From a bacterium (GTDB lineage Bacteria > Patescibacteriota > Saccharimonadia > Saccharimonadales > SZUA-47): a stretch of DNA of 44,728 nt. Shown piece by piece: positions 24,812 through 34,663 of this stretch. The notes below the pieces were generated by a model. That model was not told where the DNA came from. It made no database searches and saw nothing but the letters and a program-made list of their open reading frames with translations. The stretch spans positions 1 to 44,728 of the forward strand of contig JBAXHY010000002.1 of the NCBI GenBank assembly GCA_037138655.1, given 5' to 3'. The stretch's first letter is position 1, and every line of letters begins with the position of its first letter. Position numbers and translations under genes: made by a program.

Positions 24812-25321
24812 GTGGCAGAATTACCAGACAAACAAGTTAAACGACTAAAGGCACTTATAGCAGAGGCAGAGACTTCTCTTGCCGCAGCTAAAGAACTACT
24901 AGTTAGTTTAATGGGCGACGATGGAACTGTTGCCGTAGTAGACACCGAAGAAAACATCGGTAAGGTTATAGAAGGCGTTTTTGACGGCCAAAACATGGTT
25001 GGTAGCGACGGTAAAACTTACCCAGTACCAGCAAACTACGCGAGTAAATCAAAATTAGTACAAGGCGACATACTTAAACTTACAATAGCCGACGATGGTG
25101 CATTTTTGTACAAACAAATCGGACCTATACCTCGTAAACAAATCGTTGGTGTATTAAACCAAAAAGATGGTCATTACTTTGTAACCGTAGGAAAAGACGA
25201 ATACCGAGTACTTCTAGCTAGCGTAACTTACTTTAAGGCAAAGCCAAATGACCAAGTAAGTATCAACATACCAGATTCAGACGTTAAATCTGAATGGGCA
25301 GCATTAGAAGCAGCGCTTTAA
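24812..25321 (+). CDS. Hypothetical protein (169 aa; N-terminal helix, C-terminal beta-rich domain)
   Basis: GTG start with GGGAG SD 7 nt upstream. Has its own terminator. Sits where rpoB normally follows rplL. Confidence 0.6.
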   Translation: MAELPDKQVKRLKALIAEAETSLAAAKELLVSLMGDDGTVAVVDTEENIGKVIEGVFDGQNMVGSDGKTYPVPANYASKSKLVQGDILKLTIADDGAFLYKQIGPIPRKQIVGVLNQKDGHYFVTVGKDEYRVLLASVTYFKAKPNDQVSINIPDSDVKSEWAALEAAL

Positions 25322-25339
25322 TAAATCAAGAAATTTTAT

Positions 25340-25370
25340 AAACGTCCATTTTATGGACGTTTATTTATTT
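25340..25370 (+). terminator. Rho-independent terminator
   Basis: aaacgtccat-ttt-atggacgttt followed by atttattt. Confidence 0.65.
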
Positions 25371-25432
25371 ATATTGCATGTTGTATCTTTTAATATAGCC
25401 AAAGCGTGTCTAATTTGGTTATTATCTATTAA

Positions 25433-26020
25433 ATGGCCAAGTTATATTTTAGGTATGGTGCAATGAATAGCGGAAAAAGTACTGCTATATTACAAGTTGC
25501 GCATAATTATGAAGAACGTGGAATGAATGTGCTTATTATTAAGCCAGCTATAGACACTAAGGGCAATAATCAAATACTATCTAGGCTTGGATATTCTAGG
25601 ACCGTAGATATTCTTGCTACGCCAGATATAAACATAGCTAAAAACGTCACTCAGTGGAACAAAGATGTACAAAAAATAGGCTGTGTTATTGCAGATGAAG
25701 CTCAGTTTTTTACTAGCGAGCAAATAGAACAATTACTCCAAATTACCGTCGAACAAAATATTCCTGTTATTTGCTATGGCATTCGTACAGACTTTAAAAC
25801 AAAATTATTTGCCGGAAGTACTCGTTTATTCGAACTTGCTCACACCCTAGAAGAACTTAAAACAATCTGTCGCTGTGGCAAAAAAGCATTGTTTAATGGA
25901 CGCAAAGTTGATGGTAATTTTATTTTTGAAGGCTCGCAAGTTGCTATCGACGGTCAAGACAATGTCGAATACGAAAGTCTTTGTGCCACATGTTATGCAC
26001 ACCATCAAAGTATTTTGTAG
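25433..26020 (+). CDS. tdk: Thymidine kinase
   Basis: GAMNSGKST P-loop, VIADEAQF, C-terminal Zn-ribbon cysteines (CRCG...CATC). Confidence 0.9.
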   Translation: MAKLYFRYGAMNSGKSTAILQVAHNYEERGMNVLIIKPAIDTKGNNQILSRLGYSRTVDILATPDINIAKNVTQWNKDVQKIGCVIADEAQFFTSEQIEQLLQITVEQNIPVICYGIRTDFKTKLFAGSTRLFELAHTLEELKTICRCGKKALFNGRKVDGNFIFEGSQVAIDGQDNVEYESLCATCYAHHQSIL

Positions 26021-26078
26021 CAAAAATTACTCATTAATACTTTTAGTTTGTTGACCCTTTTACTCCATAATAAAGTTA

Positions 26079-27572
26079 ATGGGATTAGCACTATACAGAA
26101 AATACAGGCCTAAGAGCCTAAAAGACGTTGTCGGGCAAGAACACATCGTTACTTCATTGCAAAAAGCAATTGCCACTGACACAATTAGCCACGCTTACTT
26201 ATTAACAGGGCCCAGGGGCGTAGGAAAGACTAGTATAGCCCGTATTCTTGCACACGAGCTTAATGGACTGCCATACGATGATTCAAGCAACCATTTAGAC
26301 ATCATAGAAATTGACGCCGCCAGTAATCGACGAATAGACGAAATAAGGGAACTACGAGACAAGGTACATATTGCACCTACTAGCTCTAAGTTTAAGGTAT
26401 ACATAATTGACGAAGTACACATGCTTACCCGGGAAGCATTTAATGCACTACTTAAAACCTTAGAAGAACCACCAGAACACGCAATTTTTATATTAGCTAC
26501 AACCGAAGCCCACAAAGTACCCGACACAATAATTAGTCGTACTCAACGATACAGCTTTAAACCCATTACAACAGACGACACCATTAAGCATTTAATGGCT
26601 ATATCTAAAAAAGAAGGTATCAATATAGATAAACCATCGCTTAAGCTATTGGCAGATCACGCTGCAGGCAGTTTTAGAGACAGCATTAACTTGCTTGATC
26701 AATTAGCTGGTAGCAGTGATGCAATAACCCAAAAAGACGTAGTAAGCATGCTTGGCTTACCCCAGGAATTAACTACCACCGAACTGTCTAATGCTATTCG
26801 CAGTAAAAGTGCTAAAGATATATTAAACATCTTAGATACTTCAAGATCAGAAGGCACACAAGCATCGGGAATATCCAAACACTTACTCACTAGTATTAGA
26901 GCAGACATTATTAGTGGCAAAATCGAACCTTTAGATAGCTTAATAACATTATTAGACGGGCTAGCAAAAGTTAATAACAACACTAACCCGTACTTAAATT
27001 TAGAATTAGCCTTACTAAAATATGTAAGTATTAACGACCCACAACCTGTACCAACAAAAGAATCTACCAATAATTTGTCTGTGGTTACAAAGGCAACAGC
27101 CGCTAAGCCTACAGTAGAAGAAGTTACAGTAATACCGCAAAAAAATAATACAGTTAAACCAAAAGAACCTAAAATTGTTCAACAGCCTCAAGTTTCACAA
27201 AAACCAGCAAAATCTGCACCAACAAACGACGACTCCAACGAACCTTACTGGCAAGAGTTATTAAATCAAATTAAAACTAAACATAACACTTTATACAGCA
27301 TGCTTCGAATGGCAAAACCAAAACTCGATAAAGATGTATTAAATTTATATTTTGGGTTTTCTTTTCACCACAAGCAAATTACACAGGCAACAAACTTACA
27401 ATTAATATCTGATACAATAAGTGAAATTCGCGGAACGTCTACACAAGTAACTTGCACGATTGTTAAAAATGACAAGTCGTCAAACAGCAAGCCGGCAGAA
27501 TCTTCACCGCCTATAAAAACCCACTTAACAGATGTATCAAATATATTTAATGGCGCAGAATTAGTAGAATAG
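26079..27572 (+). CDS. dnaX: DNA polymerase III subunit gamma/tau
   Basis: YRPKSLKDVVGQEH, GPRGVGKTS, IIDEVHML and the SRTQRY sensor motifs. Confidence 0.9.
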   Translation: MGLALYRKYRPKSLKDVVGQEHIVTSLQKAIATDTISHAYLLTGPRGVGKTSIARILAHELNGLPYDDSSNHLDIIEIDAASNRRIDEIRELRDKVHIAPTSSKFKVYIIDEVHMLTREAFNALLKTLEEPPEHAIFILATTEAHKVPDTIISRTQRYSFKPITTDDTIKHLMAISKKEGINIDKPSLKLLADHAAGSFRDSINLLDQLAGSSDAITQKDVVSMLGLPQELTTTELSNAIRSKSAKDILNILDTSRSEGTQASGISKHLLTSIRADIISGKIEPLDSLITLLDGLAKVNNNTNPYLNLELALLKYVSINDPQPVPTKESTNNLSVVTKATAAKPTVEEVTVIPQKNNTVKPKEPKIVQQPQVSQKPAKSAPTNDDSNEPYWQELLNQIKTKHNTLYSMLRMAKPKLDKDVLNLYFGFSFHHKQITQATNLQLISDTISEIRGTSTQVTCTIVKNDKSSNSKPAESSPPIKTHLTDVSNIFNGAELVE

Positions 27573-27590
27573 GTAATCAGAAAGAATACT

Positions 27591-28940
27591 ATGGATCCTA
27601 AAATACCACCACAAAACCCAGAAGCCGAAGCAAGTCTATTAGGTTCTTTGTTAATAGACAGTGACGCGATTGTTAAAATTGCCGATATGCTAAAATCTGA
27701 TGATTTTTATGACGAACGACACAAATACATTTATGAAGCTGCTATATCTTTATACGAAAAGCACAGTCCGATCGACATTTTAACTCTTACCGATCAACTA
27801 AAAAACAAGCAACTTCTAGACATTGTAGGTGGCGCAGCATACGTAACCGAACTTACTAACTTTGTTCCAACCGCAGCCCATGTCGAACAATACGCCGAAA
27901 TCGTAACTACAAAATCAATGCGCCGAAAGTTAATTAAGGCATCACAGGACATAACATCTATAAGCTACGACGAAGCTAGGGGATTTAAGGATTTAGTAGA
28001 AGAAGCCGAAGCTAGACTGTTCGAAGTTAGTCAACGCCATGTTTCACAAGACCTTTCTAGCCTAGAAACGATATTAAGTGAAAGTTTTGACAGACTTGAT
28101 GACCTTCATAAAGATAAAGGAAAAATCCGTGGCGTACCAACAGGATTTAAAGATCTAGACAACATTTTGGCTGGTTGGCAAAGAAGCGACTTAGTTATAC
28201 TTGGAGCGCGTCCAAGTATGGGTAAATCGGCATTGTCTTTAAATTTTGCACATAACGTAGCTGTAAAAGCTGGCTTGCCTGTAATTATGTTTAGCCTAGA
28301 AATGAGCAAAGAACAGTTAGTAGACAGATTATTAGCGGCCGAAGCAGGGGTAGACGCCTGGAACTTGCGTACAGGCAACTTAACAGACAGCGACTTTGAA
28401 AAAATCGGTCAAGCTATGGGAACATTATCCGAAGCAAAAATGTACATCGACGACACTCCTGGCATTACAGTTAGTGACCTCAGGACAAAAGCTCGACGCG
28501 AAGCCCACAAGCAAGAACTAGGTTTAATAATAGTGGACTACTTACAACTTATGAGTGGTGGAAGCAAATTTAACGGCGACGGCAACAGGGTACAAGAAAT
28601 ATCAGAAATATCCCGTGGTTTAAAAAGTATAGCTCGTGAACTTAACGTGCCAATTATTGCACTAAGTCAATTAAGTCGTTCTGTAGAAAGCAGAAGCCCC
28701 CAGATTCCTCAACTTGCCGACCTTCGTGAATCAGGATCTATCGAACAAGACGCCGACGTTGTAGCGTTTATCTATAGAGAAGACTACTATAATCCCGAAT
28801 CTGAACGCCGTGGAATAACAGATATTTTTATTAAAAAACATCGTAACGGACCAACCGGTCATGTAGAACTATTCTTTGATAAAGATAAACAAAAGTTCAA
28901 GAGCCTTGATTCTAGACACTCCGATACCTTTAAAGAATAA
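27591..28940 (+). CDS. dnaB: Replicative DNA helicase DnaB
   Basis: PPQNPEAEASLLGSLL N-terminus, GARPSMGKSA Walker A, IIVDYLQLM, ALSQLSR. Confidence 0.95.
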   Translation: MDPKIPPQNPEAEASLLGSLLIDSDAIVKIADMLKSDDFYDERHKYIYEAAISLYEKHSPIDILTLTDQLKNKQLLDIVGGAAYVTELTNFVPTAAHVEQYAEIVTTKSMRRKLIKASQDITSISYDEARGFKDLVEEAEARLFEVSQRHVSQDLSSLETILSESFDRLDDLHKDKGKIRGVPTGFKDLDNILAGWQRSDLVILGARPSMGKSALSLNFAHNVAVKAGLPVIMFSLEMSKEQLVDRLLAAEAGVDAWNLRTGNLTDSDFEKIGQAMGTLSEAKMYIDDTPGITVSDLRTKARREAHKQELGLIIVDYLQLMSGGSKFNGDGNRVQEISEISRGLKSIARELNVPIIALSQLSRSVESRSPQIPQLADLRESGSIEQDADVVAFIYREDYYNPESERRGITDIFIKKHRNGPTGHVELFFDKDKQKFKSLDSRHSDTFKE

Positions 28941-28997
28941 AAAGCCTAGATATACAGCGCAAAAAAAACCTTATGCTGTATAATTAAACCCATAGTA

Positions 28998-30194
28998 ATG
29001 AAAAATACACGTCGCTTTATTATCCGTCATTATCTAAGCATGTTAGTAGTTGTCGGACTGCTGGTTTTAGGCATAATCTTATACACATACGGTTCAAGAA
29101 CATTCTTAACTGGCTTGTCGTCTGCCGAACAACAAATAATCAACCAATCCAGTTCAATAAGTGCTATTTTAAAAAATCCACTTTGGATTATTTATAAAGT
29201 AGCAGTGTTTTTAAGCCTTAAATTAGGTGTAGCAGACTTTTCATTAAGATTTATTAGTGCATTTTTTACCATAATTAGTGTATACGCATTTTATAGTATT
29301 GCCAAAAAATGGTACAGCCAAAGAGTAAGTGTGTTAACTACAGTACTTTTTGCACTTAATGTGTCTACACTAACGGTGTCCAGAATAGCAACACCGGCTG
29401 TTTTGTTATATTCATGGATTGTATATTTTGCCATTATTGTCTGGCTAAAAACAACACGACGAACAAAAGTAGCGCCCCTTGTAGTATTGGCCAGTACAGG
29501 AATAATGATGTATATTCCAGGTTCTATTTGGGTATTAATATTTATATCAGCGTGGTTCTGGAAGGATATTCCAAGAATATTTAGGCACATGAACAAAACA
29601 TCAATTTTATTTGGTTCAATTTTAGGATTATTGTTTATAGCACCTTTATTATTAGCAATCCTGAATGACACTTCCGTACTAAGAAACTGGTTATTAATTC
29701 CAAAGCACCTAAATATCGGCGACACCCTACAAGCCCTAAAAGACATACCGGCAGCACTATTTTACAGGTCAGCTACAAACCCAGCATACAATTTGGGACG
29801 CTTACCAATGTTTGATGCTTTTACCGGTACACTACTTTTACTAAGCTTTTACGCCTACAAAAACAAAGTTAGCCTTCAGCGTACAATAGTATTCTTTATT
29901 GCTATACTAGTTAGTTTGTTGCTAACTGGCATAAACAATAACCAACTTTATCTTTTATTTTGTTTACCATTTTTGTATTTAATAGCAGGCGAGGGAATGT
30001 CTTATTTGTTAAATGAATGGCGCATAGTTTTTCCACGTAACCCAATCGCGCGTTTTACTGGCACATTACTAATGTCCATAGCTGTGTTTAGTACATGTTC
30101 ATACCATATGAATCGTTATTTTTTAGCATGGGTAAATTCTCCAGAAACTAAAAAAGTATACTCAGAACCACCGCAAAAACATATATCACAATAA
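28998..30194 (+). CDS. Polytopic membrane protein, possibly GT-C-type (PMT_2/ArnT-like) glycosyltransferase
   Basis: About 10 hydrophobic segments across 398 aa. The family assignment rests on overall topology only. Confidence 0.5.
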   Translation: MKNTRRFIIRHYLSMLVVVGLLVLGIILYTYGSRTFLTGLSSAEQQIINQSSSISAILKNPLWIIYKVAVFLSLKLGVADFSLRFISAFFTIISVYAFYSIAKKWYSQRVSVLTTVLFALNVSTLTVSRIATPAVLLYSWIVYFAIIVWLKTTRRTKVAPLVVLASTGIMMYIPGSIWVLIFISAWFWKDIPRIFRHMNKTSILFGSILGLLFIAPLLLAILNDTSVLRNWLLIPKHLNIGDTLQALKDIPAALFYRSATNPAYNLGRLPMFDAFTGTLLLLSFYAYKNKVSLQRTIVFFIAILVSLLLTGINNNQLYLLFCLPFLYLIAGEGMSYLLNEWRIVFPRNPIARFTGTLLMSIAVFSTCSYHMNRYFLAWVNSPETKKVYSEPPQKHISQ

Positions 30195-30253
30195 AAGTTC
30201 ACTCAGTTTTGATACAATATTAATATATAGAACTAAAAAAGAGGTTTTTTACT

Positions 30254-30547
30254 ATGAGTCGAATGGATCAAGCTAAAATGTTAATGAAAATGCGAAAGCT
30301 ACAAAAAGAGCTACAAAAAGAAATGATTACCGCCGAAGCAGGTGAAGGTGCAGTTAAAGTAGAAATTAACGGCGAAATGAAAATTAAAAAAATCAGCATA
30401 GATGCAGATAGTGTAGATACCTCTGACATCGGTCAGCTAGAACGATGGGTAGAAGAAGCGGTTAAAGATGCAATTTCTAAAAGTCAAAAATTGGCCGCCG
30501 ACAAAATGCAGCCAATGATGGGTAGCCTAGGTAATTTAGGGTTGTAA
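30254..30547 (+). CDS. YbaB/EbfC nucleoid-associated protein
   Basis: 97 aa. MRKLQKELQKEM...GAVKVEINGEMKIKKISID. Sits directly upstream of recR, as in most bacteria. Confidence 0.85.
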   Translation: MSRMDQAKMLMKMRKLQKELQKEMITAEAGEGAVKVEINGEMKIKKISIDADSVDTSDIGQLERWVEEAVKDAISKSQKLAADKMQPMMGSLGNLGL

Positions 30548-30562
30548 AATACCTTTCTTAAG

Positions 30563-31168
30563 ATGTCCTTATTACCTAAAGCGTTAGAAAATGCAATTGA
30601 AGCACTTGGGCAACTACCTGGAGTGGGTCCGCGTAGTGCAGAACGATATGCGTATTATTTGTTAAAAAACGATTCGTACAAAACAAATAAGTTAATAGAC
30701 GCTTTTTCTACATTACACAAAGGCGTAAAATTATGTCCTGTTACTTTTGTTTTAATAGACAATAACTGCGAAGTATCGCCACTTTATACAAACCCCGGCA
30801 GAGACAAAAGTGTAATTGCAGTAGTTTCGGATCCTTTTGATGTAATTGCTATCGAAAAAACCGGACTGTTTAAAGGGACATACCACGTTCTTGGTGGCTT
30901 AATTTCTCCTATAGACGGAGTCACGCCTGATGATCTTAAAATATCTGAACTTGTTTCGCGTATTAAATCAGATGGTGTTAAAGAATTAATTCTTGCTATG
31001 AACGCTTCTGTAGAAGGTGAAACTACGTCTTTATACTTACAGCAGCAACTAGAAGACCAAAAAGTAATAATTAGCCGTTTAGCAAGAGGCTTAAGCGTAG
31101 GCGTTGACCTTGAATACGCCGATCATATAAGTCTTGGTAGGGCGCTAACTGGCCGTCAAAAAATGTAG
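30563..31168 (+). CDS. recR: Recombination protein RecR (degenerate zinc finger)
   Basis: LPGVGPRSAERYAYYLL HhH motif, plus a Toprim domain (VVSDPFDVIAIEKTG, NASVEGETTSLY). Confidence 0.9.
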   Translation: MSLLPKALENAIEALGQLPGVGPRSAERYAYYLLKNDSYKTNKLIDAFSTLHKGVKLCPVTFVLIDNNCEVSPLYTNPGRDKSVIAVVSDPFDVIAIEKTGLFKGTYHVLGGLISPIDGVTPDDLKISELVSRIKSDGVKELILAMNASVEGETTSLYLQQQLEDQKVIISRLARGLSVGVDLEYADHISLGRALTGRQKM

Positions 31169-31174
31169 CTAAGA

Positions 31175-31183
31175 TGTTATACT
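31175..31183 (+). promoter_or_regulatory. Extended -10 (TGtTATACT) 8 nt upstream of the DHH phosphoesterase ATG
   Basis: No SD. Consistent with a leaderless transcript. Confidence 0.4.
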
Positions 31184-31191
31184 AGTACTTA

Positions 31192-32190
31192 ATGGAATCC
31201 TTATACACTCAAGTTAATGAACTTATCAAGTCATCTAAAAATATAGTCGTACTTCAGGCAGACAACCCTGACGGCGACAGTTTAGCTAGTGCATTAGCAT
31301 TAGAATCAATACTTGGTGATTTAGGCAAAGAAGTAACTATGGTTTGTGGCATAGATATGCCGGCACACTTACGATACTTAAGTGGCTGGTCACGCGTACA
31401 AAAAGATCTTCCAAGCAAATTTGATATTACTATACTAGTTGACGCAAGTACCGTTACACTATTAGAAACATTAGACAATAACGGTCAATTAGCTTGGGTA
31501 AAAACCAAACCACTAATTATTTTAGATCATCATGCCATGACAAGTGGAATACCATTTGCAAAAATCACCATAAATAATGATTCAGTATCTACAGGTGAAG
31601 TTATTTATGACCTAGCAAAAGCTAATAATATTCCAATGTCAGTCGAAGCTATGGAATACATTGCAGTTTCTATAATGTCTGACAGTCTTGGATTGACTAC
31701 AGATGCAACTACATCTAAAAGTATACGTATAATTGCCGATCTAGTAGACGGGGGGGTAAGTCTTTCTGGCCTAGATGACGCACGCCGAGAACTTATGAAA
31801 AGAGACCCAGTACTTTTACCTTACAAAGGTCAATTATTACAAAGAGTAGAATTTTATGACAACAACAGCATAGCTATAATCACGATCCCCTGGAAAGAAA
31901 TAGAAACATACAGCAGTATGTACAACCCTTCGATGCTTGCACTAGACGATATGAGAATGACAACAGGCGTTCGTATAGCTATTGCGTTTAAAACCTACAC
32001 AACAGGCCGTGTAACAGCCAAAATACGATGTAATAGCGACGGAGCCATTGCAGGATTACTTGCAGAACATTTTGGCGGCGGTGGACACAAGTTTGCCGCA
32101 GGATTTAAAGCAAATAAGGTAGTAGATTTTATAGAATTTAAAAAAGAAGTAATAACTAAAGCAACCGAACTACTTAAGGAAATTAATTAA
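31192..32190 (+). CDS. DHH-family phosphoesterase (NrnA-like nanoRNase/pAp phosphatase)
   Basis: DGDSLAS, DHH and GGGH motifs with a DHHA1 C-terminus. Confidence 0.85.
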   Translation: MESLYTQVNELIKSSKNIVVLQADNPDGDSLASALALESILGDLGKEVTMVCGIDMPAHLRYLSGWSRVQKDLPSKFDITILVDASTVTLLETLDNNGQLAWVKTKPLIILDHHAMTSGIPFAKITINNDSVSTGEVIYDLAKANNIPMSVEAMEYIAVSIMSDSLGLTTDATTSKSIRIIADLVDGGVSLSGLDDARRELMKRDPVLLPYKGQLLQRVEFYDNNSIAIITIPWKEIETYSSMYNPSMLALDDMRMTTGVRIAIAFKTYTTGRVTAKIRCNSDGAIAGLLAEHFGGGGHKFAAGFKANKVVDFIEFKKEVITKATELLKEIN

Positions 32191-33575
32191 TGCAATTACA
32201 CGATACACTAACCAATGCATTACAAGACGTACAACCGATCAATAAAGTCGTAACTATCTATTCATGCGGTCCAACTGTATACGATTATCCTCATATCGGT
32301 AACTGGTATTCGTTTGTTAGATGGGATATTTTAAACAGAGCATTATTACAAAATGGATTCAAAACAAATTGGGTAATGAATATAACAGATGTTGGACATC
32401 TTGTAAGTGACGAAGACGACGGCCAAGATAAACTAGAAAAAGGCGCAAAAAGAGAAGGCAAAACCGCCTGGGATGTTGCTGAGTATTACACGGATTATTT
32501 TACTAAAGGTTTGGAACGGCTTAATTTTTCAAAAATAACAATGTTACCAAAGGCTACAGACAATATTCCGGAACAAATAGAACTTGTAAAAATACTTGAA
32601 TCCAAAGGTCATACTTATGTTATTGACGACGGTGTGTATTTTGACACCTCAACAATCGAAGATTACGGTAAACTCGCGCAGCTTGATTTAAAAAAGTTAC
32701 GTGCCGGTGCACGCGTAGAATTAAATCCTCAAAAAAAGAACCTTACAGATTTTGCACTATGGAAGTTTAGTCCACGCGACGAAAAACGAGATATGGAATG
32801 GCCAAGTCCGTGGGGAACAGGATTCCCAGGATGGCACATAGAATGTAGTGCAATGAGCATGAAATTTTTAGGCGAAACAATTAGTATTCATGCTGGTGGC
32901 ATTGATCATATCCCCGTTCACCACACTAACGAAATTGCTCAAAGCGAATCTGCTACAAATAAACCTTTTGCCAAAATTTGGGTGCACAGTAATTTTATTC
33001 TTGTAGATGGCAAAAAAATGAGTAAGAGCATTGGCAATTTTTATACCCTAGAAGACATCGAAGAAAAGGGTTACACATTAGATGCATTTAGACTTCTTGT
33101 TTTAAGTTCAAAATATCACACCGAGGCACAATTTAGCTGGGAAGTTCTTGGATCTTTTCAGATAGTACTAAACAAGCTTAACGCTTGGTCAGATTTGCAG
33201 TTTCAAGGTTTAGAATCTAGCGAATTAGTAACAAGCTACAAAGATTCAATTTCTTCTATTAAAAAAGAAATCGCAAATAATTTAAATACACCTAGAGTTT
33301 TAGGTTTAATTAATGGCATGTTAAACAAAACCACAGAACTAGGCATAGATTCAAATGCTATTAAAGATGCTGCTATACAAATAGATGCGTTGTTGGGTCT
33401 AACATTATCATTAAGAAAAGACATAAATAAAGCTCAAAAAGTAAAACTAGCAAACAGAAAAAAAGCACGCGCTCTTAATAATTGGGCAGAATCCGATGCA
33501 ATAAGAGACGATCTACTTAAAGAACACATAGAGATTAAGGACGTTCTAGGTAATCAAATCTGGAACAGAAACTAA
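32190..33575 (+). CDS. cysS: Cysteine--tRNA ligase
   Basis: CGPTVYDYPHIGN (HIGH motif), WHIEC, KMSKS. Confidence 0.95.
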   Translation: MQLHDTLTNALQDVQPINKVVTIYSCGPTVYDYPHIGNWYSFVRWDILNRALLQNGFKTNWVMNITDVGHLVSDEDDGQDKLEKGAKREGKTAWDVAEYYTDYFTKGLERLNFSKITMLPKATDNIPEQIELVKILESKGHTYVIDDGVYFDTSTIEDYGKLAQLDLKKLRAGARVELNPQKKNLTDFALWKFSPRDEKRDMEWPSPWGTGFPGWHIECSAMSMKFLGETISIHAGGIDHIPVHHTNEIAQSESATNKPFAKIWVHSNFILVDGKKMSKSIGNFYTLEDIEEKGYTLDAFRLLVLSSKYHTEAQFSWEVLGSFQIVLNKLNAWSDLQFQGLESSELVTSYKDSISSIKKEIANNLNTPRVLGLINGMLNKTTELGIDSNAIKDAAIQIDALLGLTLSLRKDINKAQKVKLANRKKARALNNWAESDAIRDDLLKEHIEIKDVLGNQIWNRN

Positions 33576-34660
33576 TCGTCTGAATTATTTTTTAAAGATT
33601 TAGATTCTAAATAATCTTCTAGTAAAATCTTAAGACATCCCGCTGCAGGAATAGCTACAAAACCGCCTAGCAGTCCACCAAAGCCAATACCTAGTAGTGC
33701 TGCAACAAATACCAGTAATGGCGACAAATCGTTATTACGGGACTGTATGTACGGCTGAATGGTAACGTTTTCTATTTGCTGATAAACAACAAAGTAAATT
33801 AATATAGCGATTGCTAAAGGTGCAGATGTAAACAAGCAGGCAATTGCTACTACAGCTGCTGCTATTATATTTCCGATAGTAGGGATTATTCCAAAAAGTG
33901 CAACCATACCAGATAAAGCCACAACATTAATGTTGACGTCCATAATACTACTTAATATAGTTAACGCAATTGCTGCAAAAGTAGCAGCGATTAATGCAAT
34001 AAGTAACTGTGCATTAACAAAACTAGTTACTAAATTATACATTCTATGCATTAAATGCCTAGTGCGTTCTTGTCTTCCTTCGGGTAGTGTTTCGATTATT
34101 TTACCAATCCAATACGGGCCTTCTACTAGCATCATAAAAGTAAGCACTAATACTGTAATAAATGACACTACAGCAGTCATAATTCGCGTAGCAGTATTTA
34201 ATACGGGCTTAGACGCATCCCCTAAGTTATTAGTCCAGTCATTGGCAAAATTATCTAACTGTTTGCTTAGTTCATACTTTCTTACAAAACGTCCTACAGA
34301 ACTGTCTTGACCTTCAAGACTTTGAATCTTACTTGGCACATCTTCGATAAATTGAGTAGATTGAGTCACTAGCGGCGGCAACACTACGCTAAAGAACGAA
34401 AATAAAATAGTAATTACCGCAATATAAGCAACCGCCGTACCCCTAATTCTGCTTTTACTTTTTAATTTACGTGTAATAAATCCAACAACTGGATTTAGTG
34501 CCATTGCTAAAAAGAAAGATATAAATATTAATGTTAATGAATGTTGAATATTATCAAAAAATCTAAAACCAGCATACGTTGCTATGCCAAAACCTATAAT
34601 TCTTACTATTGTTCTGTTAGATACACTTATATGAACTTCGCTACTTTTTCGTTTAAACAT
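33572..34660 (-). CDS. AI-2E family transporter (PerM-like permease)
   Basis: 362 aa, about 8 TM segments, typical AI-2E layout. 4-nt convergent overlap with cysS. Confidence 0.75.
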   Translation of the reverse strand: MFKRKSSEVHISVSNRTIVRIIGFGIATYAGFRFFDNIQHSLTLIFISFFLAMALNPVVGFITRKLKSKSRIRGTAVAYIAVITILFSFFSVVLPPLVTQSTQFIEDVPSKIQSLEGQDSSVGRFVRKYELSKQLDNFANDWTNNLGDASKPVLNTATRIMTAVVSFITVLVLTFMMLVEGPYWIGKIIETLPEGRQERTRHLMHRMYNLVTSFVNAQLLIALIAATFAAIALTILSSIMDVNINVVALSGMVALFGIIPTIGNIIAAAVVAIACLFTSAPLAIAILIYFVVYQQIENVTIQPYIQSRNNDLSPLLVFVAALLGIGFGGLLGGFVAIPAAGCLKILLEDYLESKSLKNNSDD

Positions 34661-34663
34661 ATT

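Noticed and set aside
27138-27146. A-run (CAAAAAAAT) inside dnaX, reminiscent of the E. coli A-AAA-AAG -1 frameshift site that produces the gamma subunit
   Set aside because: The heptamer ends in T, not G. I saw no downstream stem-loop. The -1 frame stays open for about 40 codons instead of terminating promptly. There is no support for programmed frameshifting.
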